Assembly (NCBI GenBank): GCA_963666365.2
Contig: CAXXNF010000002.1
Coordinates: 1,472,001 to 1,536,000, forward strand
Reading direction: 5' to 3'
Length of the DNA: 64,000 nt
Source of the DNA: Syntrophales bacterium
GTDB lineage: Bacteria > Desulfobacterota > Syntrophia > Syntrophales > UBA2210
Shown here: positions 19,091 through 27,391 of the stretch, one piece after another
How positions within the stretch are numbered: position 1 is the first letter of the stretch
Layout: each line of letters begins with the position of its first letter
Position numbers and translations under genes: made by a program
Notes under the pieces: model-generated
Told to the model about the DNA's origin: nothing
Databases searched by the model: none
What the model saw: only the letters and a program-made list of their open reading frames with translations

Positions 19091-22000
19091 GTGACGAAGA
19101 AGATGCGGCGGAATACTACGCATTTTGTCCTTTACTGGTGCATACTGATGGTGTGCCTGTGGCACGCCTGCACCGGAGGGACACCTGCGTACGCCGCATC
19201 GCCTCCCGTCGGCACCGCCATCACGAACCGCGCCACCGTCGCGTACCACGACGCCAACGGGAACCTGCTGCCCGAGGCAAGCGCCACCGTGTCCACCATC
19301 GTTTCCGGCGCACCGGTGCTTGCCGTCACGAAAACTGCAAGCGCCGATATCGTCAGCGCCGGCGATTTACTGACCTACACCATCACCTGTGAAAACAGGG
19401 GGAATGCCGACGCCCTTTCGACGGTCGTCGTCGATCATCTGCCCGCGGAAGTGATTTTCCTCAGCGCATCGACCGGCGGCGCCTACAGCTCAGGACCGCC
19501 GGCAGGCGGCAGCGTCGCATGGAATCCGGGAACCCTCGCGGCCGGTGAACGCATTTCCCTCTGGGTCGAGGTACGGGTAAAGGCGGGTCTCGCCGTCGGT
19601 ACGATGATAGACAATACCGCCGACATCACCTCGGCCGAGGGCGCATCGGCGGCGGCGGCACAGTCCGCACGCGTGGGGTTCGCACCGAATCTTTCCATCA
19701 CAAAATCCGCTGTACAGGGCACGGTCACACCGGGAGGGACAATCACCTATACCATCGACTACAAAAACAGCGGGAATCAGACCGCATCCTTCGTTTCCAT
19801 CGGCGACACGCTTCCCGCCGGTACCACCTATGTTGACGGTTCTTCCACGGCAGACGTCACGGTCAAGGGCGGTCTGCTCTCATGGTCCATCGGATCGATA
19901 CCGGCCGGTGTGCAGGGGTCGGTCACTTTTCAGGTAACGATATCACCGGCGGCCTCTGAAGGCGACATGGTGCGGAACACGGCCGCGCTGACCAGCAAGG
20001 AAGGGGGCACCATTTCGTCAAATACGGTCGCCACCGCCGTGGTCGCATCTCCTCCGCTGATTGTGGCTAAAACGGGAGTCCCCGATCCGGTGCGGGCAGG
20101 AGATACCATTACCTATACCATCGTGGTGACAAACGGCGCGTCGACTCCCGTGACGGGACTTCTCATCACCGATCCACTGCCGGCACATACCGCCTTCGTC
20201 AGCGCCGACGCGGGAGGCGTCCTCAGCGGCGACAGCGTCGTCTGGTCCGCGGGAACACTCGCGGGAGGGGCGTCAACGACGGTCAGACTGGTGGTGCAGG
20301 CGCTGCCGTTCAGCGATCCCAATCCCGTCATTGCCAACAGGGTCTCGGCAGCGGCCAACGAGGCGCTTCTGCAGACGGCCTCGACCACGACCTCCGTCAT
20401 CTGCCGCACTCCGGCGGCGATACGCTTTCTTGATGCAGCATCGACGCCCACGAACCGGTATTCCGTGGGTGACATGATCTGCATGGAAGTGTCCGATCCC
20501 GATCAGAACCGCGATCCCCTCACGGCGGAGACGGTCACGGTCCGCATCACGACATCCGGCACCGGCGACGCGGAAACGATCATCCTCACGGAAACAGACA
20601 TCAATACGGGCGTATTCCACTCATGTCTGCCTTCCGATACCGGACCCACCGTTCAGCAGAACGGCATCCTCACCGTAGCTTCCGACATCACCGTCACGGT
20701 AGCCTACGAAGATCCGCTGGATGCCCTCTGCGGATACCAGGCGGAATCGACGGCCGATGTCCTGATCGACCCCTTCGGCGTCGTCTTCAATTCCATCACC
20801 GGGCTTCCCGTGGCCGACGCCACGGTCACCCTGATTGACGATGCCACGGGACTGGCGGCGGCGCTTCCGCTCAACCCGAAAACCGGCGCAGTTCAGCCCA
20901 ACCCGGTGGTCACAAAGGCGGACGGCGCCTTCCAGTTTGAATACGTCAGCCCGGGAACCTATCATTTTACCGTCGGCACGCCTGCAGGCTACCTGTGGCC
21001 CTCGGCCGTGCCCAATACGGAGCTGCGCCTGTCCTGGCCCGCTTTCGTCATCGACGACAACGGCTCCAAGGGTGAATCCTTCACCCTGACCGCCGCCTCT
21101 CCGCCGCTCAACATCGATCTGCCCCTGGATCCTCCCGGCGGATCCTTCGTGGTTGAAAAAACGGCGGACAAGAGCGCTGCATCCGTAGGCGATCTGGTAC
21201 AGTACACGGTGACGGTCTCGAACAACGGCGCCTCTCCTATCGGATCGATTGCCGTCCATGATGCCATGCCGCACGGCGTTCGGTATCTGAACGGCTCATC
21301 GCGCCTCGGCGGGGTGAAGATCGCCGACCCGGTTCCCACCGCCGGAAGAACGGTCATATGGAACATTCCCGCACTTGCACCGGGGGATGCGGCGGCGATT
21401 ACCTTCAGGGCCCTTGTCGGTCCCGACAGTCATCGGGGCACGGGACGAAATACGGCATGGGCCTCGGGAACGACCGTGGGCGCCGCGGTGTCTTCCAGCA
21501 TTGCCACCCACGACCTGAAAATCACCGAGGGGGTATTCACCTCCAGGGCGATCATCATCGGCAAGGTCTTTATCGACAGCGACGGAAACGGCCTTCAGAC
21601 AAACGACGCGGTCAGCGCCGAAACGACATCCGGCGGCGGCGCCACAGAACAATGCCATAACGAACCGGGCATTCCCGGCGTGGTCCTCTACCTGGAAGAC
21701 GGCACCCGGGTGATCACGGATCAGCACGGCAAATTCTCCATCCCGGGCGTTGCGCCGGGCACGCACGTTCTGCGGGTCGATACATCGTCACTGCCGGAAG
21801 GGGTCGAGCTTACGGCCTCATCGGGAAGATCCATGGGAGACGGCACGTCGCAGTTTATCTCTATAGGCTACGGCAGTCTCTTTAAAGCGAATTTCACGGC
21901 CCGCATGCGGGAGGGAACAGATTTCACCGCACTGCGGATTCAAAAACAGACGATCCTGAAGCCGGACCGCCCAACGGGCGCATCGGGCCGTTCCGGCGCC

Positions 22001-22294
22001 CCGGCTTCGATCACGCAGGCGCCGGAGCCCGTCGAAACAGGGACGGTTCTTACCGACACGCCGGCGGCCGCCGGCGCGAAGGCGGTGCATTCGGAAGAGA
22101 GTCCCGCTCCTCACACCACACCTCCCCTTGAGGAGCGCATTCTCACCATGTCGAAGGAACTCGCCTTCGTCAGCCCCGTCGACGGCGCTATCATCGCCGG
22201 CGATTCCACCGCCGTGGTGATCAAGGCGCCGGCAGGATCGACGCCCGCCCTTTCCGTCAACGGGCGCACCATCGGCAATGATAAAATCGGTTAA
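19091..22294 (+). CDS. N-terminal part of a large DUF11/SdrD-B-like outer-membrane protein (frameshifted from the next ORF)
   Basis: Signal peptide AYA|A; four DUF11 domains; DPFGVVFNSITG and IIGKVFIDSDGNG..GIPGVVLYLEDG..TDQHGKFS motifs; stop at 22294 falls mid-domain. Confidence 0.8.
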   Translation: MTKKMRRNTTHFVLYWCILMVCLWHACTGGTPAYAASPPVGTAITNRATVAYHDANGNLLPEASATVSTIVSGAPVLAVTKTASADIVSAGDLLTYTITCENRGNADALSTVVVDHLPAEVIFLSASTGGAYSSGPPAGGSVAWNPGTLAAGERISLWVEVRVKAGLAVGTMIDNTADITSAEGASAAAAQSARVGFAPNLSITKSAVQGTVTPGGTITYTIDYKNSGNQTASFVSIGDTLPAGTTYVDGSSTADVTVKGGLLSWSIGSIPAGVQGSVTFQVTISPAASEGDMVRNTAALTSKEGGTISSNTVATAVVASPPLIVAKTGVPDPVRAGDTITYTIVVTNGASTPVTGLLITDPLPAHTAFVSADAGGVLSGDSVVWSAGTLAGGASTTVRLVVQALPFSDPNPVIANRVSAAANEALLQTASTTTSVICRTPAAIRFLDAASTPTNRYSVGDMICMEVSDPDQNRDPLTAETVTVRITTSGTGDAETIILTETDINTGVFHSCLPSDTGPTVQQNGILTVASDITVTVAYEDPLDALCGYQAESTADVLIDPFGVVFNSITGLPVADATVTLIDDATGLAAALPLNPKTGAVQPNPVVTKADGAFQFEYVSPGTYHFTVGTPAGYLWPSAVPNTELRLSWPAFVIDDNGSKGESFTLTAASPPLNIDLPLDPPGGSFVVEKTADKSAASVGDLVQYTVTVSNNGASPIGSIAVHDAMPHGVRYLNGSSRLGGVKIADPVPTAGRTVIWNIPALAPGDAAAITFRALVGPDSHRGTGRNTAWASGTTVGAAVSSSIATHDLKITEGVFTSRAIIIGKVFIDSDGNGLQTNDAVSAETTSGGGATEQCHNEPGIPGVVLYLEDGTRVITDQHGKFSIPGVAPGTHVLRVDTSSLPEGVELTASSGRSMGDGTSQFISIGYGSLFKANFTARMREGTDFTALRIQKQTILKPDRPTGASGRSGAPASITQAPEPVETGTVLTDTPAAAGAKAVHSEESPAPHTTPPLEERILTMSKELAFVSPVDGAIIAGDSTAVVIKAPAGSTPALSVNGRTIGNDKIG

Positions 22295-25220
22295 AACGGT
22301 GACCCATAGTAAAGGAAAGGTTGCCCTCTTCGAATACATAGGGGTGCCTCTCGATCCCGGCGCTCCCAATGTGCTGACCGTCTCCGTGACGGATCCCTTC
22401 GGGAACAGGCGAGGCAGCGCGTCCGTCACCGTCGAGACCGTCGGCGAGGCGGATCGCATTCTTCTGTCGGCGGATCGCGAAGAGGCGCCCGCCGACGGTA
22501 ATGCGACGATTGAGGTCACCGTCTCAATCGTCGACCGGAAAGGGCATCCCGTCCCCTACGCGGCGCCGGTCACGGTAATCGTCACCCCGGGAGAAATCAT
22601 TACCGAAGACGCCGATCCTTCGACAGAGGAAGTGCAGATTGCCTGCACAAAAGGAACCGCCCGATTTAGCGTTCGGGCACCCCGCACCTCCGGCGAAGGG
22701 AACATCAATGTCTACGCCGATGCGCTGGAAGGAAGAATGAATGTCTTCTTCTTCCCCTACCTGCGCGACCTCTTTGCCGTCGGTATCGGAGAAATCACCA
22801 TCGGCCACGGCTCGACACGAGGCGATTTCGGCTACCTCAAAGACGGCAAGTGGTTCGATGATGATCTCTACGGCGGCGCCCGGGGCGCCTTCTTCCTGAA
22901 GGGAAACATTTATAAGGACTATCTGCTCACCGCCTCCTTCGATTCAGAAAAGGAAGAGGAGGACGAACTCTTCCGCCAGTCCGACACCGACATTGAGTCT
23001 GAGGACAAGTATCCTATTTACGGGGACGAGAGCACCCTGGGCTATGAAGCTATGTCGAAGGACAAGCTCTACGTCAAGGTGGAAAAAGGTCGGTCGTCGC
23101 TGCTCTACGGCGATTATCAGACGAATCTCAACGACACGGCGCTCGCCTCATACCAGCGATCGTTCAATGGACTGAAGCTCGACCTCAACACGGATCGCTT
23201 CAAACTGCGCGCCTTCGGCAGCGAAACCGATCAGACCCAGGTCGTGGACGCCCTGCCGGGACGCGGCATTTCGGGATATTATTATCTAACCCACCGGCCG
23301 GTCATCTCCGGGTCGGAACGGGTCGTCATCGAGGTGCGGGACCGGCTGCGCCCCGACCGCGTCCTCTCCCGCGAAACCCGTGCACGCGGCAGCGACTACG
23401 ACATCGATTACGATGCAGGAACCATTCTGTTCAAGGAACCGATCCCCATACGGGACAGCGACTACAACCCCGTCTATGTCACAATCAGCTATGAAGCGGA
23501 AACGGGGGGAGAAGACTATTACATTTACGGCGGGCGAGGCGCCTTCAAGGTTCTGCCCTGGCTCGAAGTGGGCGCCACAGGCATCGTGGAAGAGCAGGCC
23601 GCCGGCGATTATACGCTTTTCGGCGGAGACGTCACGTTGACGCTTCCGGGCAATACGACGGTAAAGGCCGAATACGCCGAAACGCGGGCACTGTTCGACA
23701 TATCGAATGCCATGGTAAGGAAATCCGGCGGCGGCTGGTCCTTTGAGCTCGAATCATCGCCGATAGACCGGCTTGTCCTGTCCGGCTACTATAAGAATCT
23801 GGACGACTATTTCCAGAACATCTCCGCCACCGATGCACCGCGGGGCGTCGAAAAATACGGATTCGACGGCCGCTTTGCACTGACCGACCGCATCGAATTG
23901 AAGGGAACCTTCTTTGATGAAAAGGACAAACTGAATCATTCAAGCCACAGTTATGCCTCACTGGGAGCCCAGGCCCGGCTGGGGAAAACAAAAATCACCG
24001 CGGAACTTTCAAGGGAAACCTCCGACGATCAGTACATACCGGCCACGAGCGATTCGACGAGAAGCCCCTTCGACATGAGCGAGGAATCGCCGCGTGAACT
24101 CACGGCCGCCGGCGTCGCCCTTGAAACGGAGCTTCGCCCGAACCTGTCCCTTACCGTGGGGCACAAGCGCAACATAAAGGACGAAAACCTCCACACCTCC
24201 CAGGTAGGGCTCAACTATCAGATCAGCGAGCTCAATCGCCTCTATGTGAGGGAGGAGTACCAGAAGTACAGTGAACGGACCGAGCTGAGAACCCTCTTCG
24301 GCGTGGAATCGAAGGTCATCAAAAACACCGTCGCCTTCAATGAATACCGCCTGGTGGACGGATCGGACAGTTCCCGCAATCAGCAGGCCATCGGCCTTCG
24401 GAACAAATTCCTCCTGGCCGATCATCTGACGGGAAACCTTTCCGTCGAATACCTGAGCACCCTCTCGGGAGAGGCGAAGGAGAGCGAACCGGACGCCTTT
24501 GCCCTGGCCACGGGACTGGAATATCTCCCCCGGGATGATTTCAAGGTAACGGGACGTTTCGAACACAGAAACGAACTCTCCGGCGACGGCATCGACAGCT
24601 ATCTGGGCGAATTAGGGCTTCTGCTGAAAATCACGCCCAGCTACTCGCTGCTGGCCAAGGAACGGTTTTTTTATGAAACAAGCGGCATAACGGGCGCCCA
24701 CACCAGCTCACGCACCATGGTGGGACTTGCCTGGCGGCCCCTCTGCGACGACCGGTTCAACGGCCTTGCGAAAGCGGAATACAAGGTCGACGACAACGGC
24801 ACGATTGATCCGGATTATAAAACCACGGCCTTCATTCTATCTACAGAAGGTGTCTACCAGGTAAACAGCCGGCTCCAGCTTTCGGCCAAATACGCGGGGA
24901 AACTGTCGCGCGACAGCGAGTATTCCTCCTACACGGACCTCCTTTCGGCACGGATCATCTACGACGTGACGGACCGCATCGACCTCGGGGCCGAGTACAG
25001 AGTGCTGACAAGCCATAAAATCGGAAGCACCCTTCAGGGAGGAAATCTGGAAGTCGGCTATCGGGTGGTCAAGAACCTCTGGGTCTCCCTGGGCTATTCC
25101 TTCGACGACTTCGATGCCGATCTCATCGGCGACGACTACCAGGGAAGAGGGCCCTATGTAAAACTCCGCTTCAAGTTCAGCGAAGACTCCATAAAAAACC
25201 TCTTCAAAAAGAAAAAATGA
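22278..25220 (+). CDS. C-terminal part: Ig-like domain plus large outer-membrane beta-barrel-like region
   Basis: No signal peptide; long run of alternating amphipathic strands; ends ..YVKLRFKFSE..; continues the upstream ORF in another frame. Confidence 0.75.
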   Translation: MIKSVKTVTHSKGKVALFEYIGVPLDPGAPNVLTVSVTDPFGNRRGSASVTVETVGEADRILLSADREEAPADGNATIEVTVSIVDRKGHPVPYAAPVTVIVTPGEIITEDADPSTEEVQIACTKGTARFSVRAPRTSGEGNINVYADALEGRMNVFFFPYLRDLFAVGIGEITIGHGSTRGDFGYLKDGKWFDDDLYGGARGAFFLKGNIYKDYLLTASFDSEKEEEDELFRQSDTDIESEDKYPIYGDESTLGYEAMSKDKLYVKVEKGRSSLLYGDYQTNLNDTALASYQRSFNGLKLDLNTDRFKLRAFGSETDQTQVVDALPGRGISGYYYLTHRPVISGSERVVIEVRDRLRPDRVLSRETRARGSDYDIDYDAGTILFKEPIPIRDSDYNPVYVTISYEAETGGEDYYIYGGRGAFKVLPWLEVGATGIVEEQAAGDYTLFGGDVTLTLPGNTTVKAEYAETRALFDISNAMVRKSGGGWSFELESSPIDRLVLSGYYKNLDDYFQNISATDAPRGVEKYGFDGRFALTDRIELKGTFFDEKDKLNHSSHSYASLGAQARLGKTKITAELSRETSDDQYIPATSDSTRSPFDMSEESPRELTAAGVALETELRPNLSLTVGHKRNIKDENLHTSQVGLNYQISELNRLYVREEYQKYSERTELRTLFGVESKVIKNTVAFNEYRLVDGSDSSRNQQAIGLRNKFLLADHLTGNLSVEYLSTLSGEAKESEPDAFALATGLEYLPRDDFKVTGRFEHRNELSGDGIDSYLGELGLLLKITPSYSLLAKERFFYETSGITGAHTSSRTMVGLAWRPLCDDRFNGLAKAEYKVDDNGTIDPDYKTTAFILSTEGVYQVNSRLQLSAKYAGKLSRDSEYSSYTDLLSARIIYDVTDRIDLGAEYRVLTSHKIGSTLQGGNLEVGYRVVKNLWVSLGYSFDDFDADLIGDDYQGRGPYVKLRFKFSEDSIKNLFKKKK

Positions 25221-25298
25221 CGCCTGGAGACCTGACATAATTCCCTCAATCCTGACGTCACGACGCATGCAAAGAGACCTTTTGTGGCCAAAATCTTC

Positions 25299-25327
25299 TT
25301 GACACACAAGAGACGGCTTAATAAACT
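25299..25327 (+). promoter_or_regulatory. Putative sigma70 promoter of the saposin-like gene
   Basis: TTGACA (25299-25304), 17-bp spacer, TAAACT (25322-25327). Confidence 0.55.
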
Positions 25328-25377
25328 TCGGCTCACAAAAAGGAAGTTCTTATCAATTCAATTTAAAAGGAGATCCC

Positions 25378-25710
25378 ATGCGAAAACGGTTGTTCCTTCT
25401 CTTTGCGGTGATCGCTCTGTTGCCGGCCGGTCTCTCCCAGGGGCGGCTCGCCTTGGAACCCTGCAGCGCTTACGCGGACCTGAACTGCGCGGTCTGTGAG
25501 TGGGTGATGGCCGAGGTGGACAAGTGCCCAGGGGCGACCAGGGAACAGATCGCGCAGTGCCTCGACCGCTCCTGCGCCTTCCTCCCGTACAGCGTCAGGA
25601 CCCTCTGCGATTCCTTCGTGAAGACCAAGGGCCCGCAGTGCGTGGACCTCCTGGTCGCGAAGGTCCCACCGGAACAGATCTGCACCTCGGTGGGCTCCTG
25701 CACCAAATAG
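25378..25710 (+). CDS. Secreted saposin-B-like (SAPLIP-fold) protein
   Basis: AAGGAG RBS; signal peptide; Cys pattern C37xxC40...C66xxLP...C77xxFV...PxxIC102xxxGxC108 matches the saposin six-cysteine signature. Confidence 0.75.
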   Translation: MRKRLFLLFAVIALLPAGLSQGRLALEPCSAYADLNCAVCEWVMAEVDKCPGATREQIAQCLDRSCAFLPYSVRTLCDSFVKTKGPQCVDLLVAKVPPEQICTSVGSCTK

Positions 25711-25818
25711 GGCCCATCTCCTCTTTACCGGCCCTCCGGATGAAGGCAAGAGGGAAAAGCCAAATTACAGTTTATTTTCTCCGAAAAGTACAATATATCG
25801 ATACTTACTGGAGACACT

Positions 25819-26418
25819 ATGCCGAAGGATCATGCCACCCTGATGCACGAAATGCGGGATTACGCCTCGCCGAAGGCGCGTCTGACGCGGATGATCAAGT
25901 CGGGCGAGCTAATCCAGGTGCGCAGGGGGATATTTCTGGAGAAAAAAGAAACAGGATATTCCCTCAAAAGTCTCGCGTCAATCATCTACGGCCCCTCCTA
26001 TATCTCCTTTGAATACGCCCTGGGCCATTACAGGCTGATCCCGGAACGGGTTCAGGCCGTCACCTCGGCGGTGTACAACAAAAACAAGAATCGCCGCTTC
26101 CATACTCCCCTGGGCGATTTTTACTACTATTATCTTCCGGCTAAGGTCTTCCCCTATGGTGTCGTCCTGGGAGAGGAAAACGGCCAGCGCTATCTGATGG
26201 CCACGCCGGAAAAGGCGCTTTGCGACAGTCTCTACAAAACGCGGGGCATCGGCAGCGTGAAGGCCCTCAAGGCTCTGTTCTTTGAGGACTGGCGAATGGA
26301 ACGAGAGGCTGTCCTTTCCCTGGACCGGGAGAGCATTCTTTTTTTGGCCCCCCTGTACAGAAAGCAGATTTTCCCGCTGCTTCTGAATTGGTTGGAGGAC
26401 GAGGCGAATGATGCATAG
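25819..26418 (+). CDS. abiEi: Type IV toxin-antitoxin antitoxin, AbiEi family
   Basis: IYGPSYISFEYALGHYRLIPE and ATPEKALCD; overlaps the downstream toxin gene. Confidence 0.85.
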   Translation: MPKDHATLMHEMRDYASPKARLTRMIKSGELIQVRRGIFLEKKETGYSLKSLASIIYGPSYISFEYALGHYRLIPERVQAVTSAVYNKNKNRRFHTPLGDFYYYYLPAKVFPYGVVLGEENGQRYLMATPEKALCDSLYKTRGIGSVKALKALFFEDWRMEREAVLSLDRESILFLAPLYRKQIFPLLLNWLEDEANDA

Positions 26419-27298
26419 CGCACTGCAGGACATGCTCAAGGCCTACGATTGCCGCACGGCGGATGACTACCGCCACGCGCTCAATGAAACCGTCCAGGAA
26501 ATCGCTCTATTAGGGCTTTATCGCGGAGGTTTTTTCACCAAAGCGGCCTTCTACGGTGAAACGGCCCTCCGCATTTTCTACGGCCTCGATCGTTTTTCAG
26601 AAGACCTGGATTTTTCGTTGCTGAAAAGCGACCCGTCCTTTGATCTGTCCTCCTTTACACAGGTGTTGCAGGATGAACTGGGCGCTTACGGTCTGGAGAT
26701 GACGGTTCAGAAAAAGATCAAACGCAACGATTCTCCCGTTCAATCGGCCTTCATCAAAGGAGGCACGCAAATGCATCTGCTGACGATCGCATCGGTTCAA
26801 CCGCCCGTGTCCGGCATCAACCCCAAGGAACAACTCCGGATCAAGTGTGAAGTGGATACCGAACCACCAGGCGGCGCAACCTTCGAAATGAAATATCAAC
26901 TGCGCCCGGTGCCTTATTCTGTGCGCCTTTACTCGCCCTCATCGCTTTTCGCCGGGAAAGTCCACGCACTGCTCTGCCGGTCGTGGAAAAGGAGGGTCAA
27001 GGGACGCGACTTTTACGATTATGTCTGGTTTTTGTCCCGATCGATTCCGGTGAGCCTCGCTCATCTGGCGGAGCGGATGAGGCAGACGGGACACCTTTCA
27101 GCCAATGCGGTCCTCAGTGAAGAGGCCCTCAGGGATTGTTTGAGAAAACGCTTTGCAGTCGTTGATTTCGATCAGGTGCGAAAAGACGTGCTGCCCTTCA
27201 TCAAAAATGCCGAGGCCGTCCATCTCTGGTCGGCAGATTTTTTCTCTCGGATTACGGATGAACACCTTCACACCGAAGGGGCCAAAGCCGATGTCTGA
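26408..27298 (+). CDS. abiEii: Type IV toxin-antitoxin nucleotidyltransferase toxin, AbiEii/AbiGii family
   Basis: AAFYGETALRIFYGLDRFSEDLDFS, LFAGKVHA, RVKGRDFYD. Confidence 0.9.
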   Translation: MMHSALQDMLKAYDCRTADDYRHALNETVQEIALLGLYRGGFFTKAAFYGETALRIFYGLDRFSEDLDFSLLKSDPSFDLSSFTQVLQDELGAYGLEMTVQKKIKRNDSPVQSAFIKGGTQMHLLTIASVQPPVSGINPKEQLRIKCEVDTEPPGGATFEMKYQLRPVPYSVRLYSPSSLFAGKVHALLCRSWKRRVKGRDFYDYVWFLSRSIPVSLAHLAERMRQTGHLSANAVLSEEALRDCLRKRFAVVDFDQVRKDVLPFIKNAEAVHLWSADFFSRITDEHLHTEGAKADV

Positions 27299-27391
27299 CT
27301 CGGAAAAATTATCCCGTCCGGGATCCCCACCCTTCAAGTTGTTTTGTTCTGCGGCGGACTGGTGCAAGAAGATAAAAATGCACTCACCCTT

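Noticed and set aside
17597..19249. Long antisense ORFs (also 36110-37621, 1622-3016, 810-1760)
   Set aside because: Shadow frames of GC-rich genes on the opposite strand, with no motifs.
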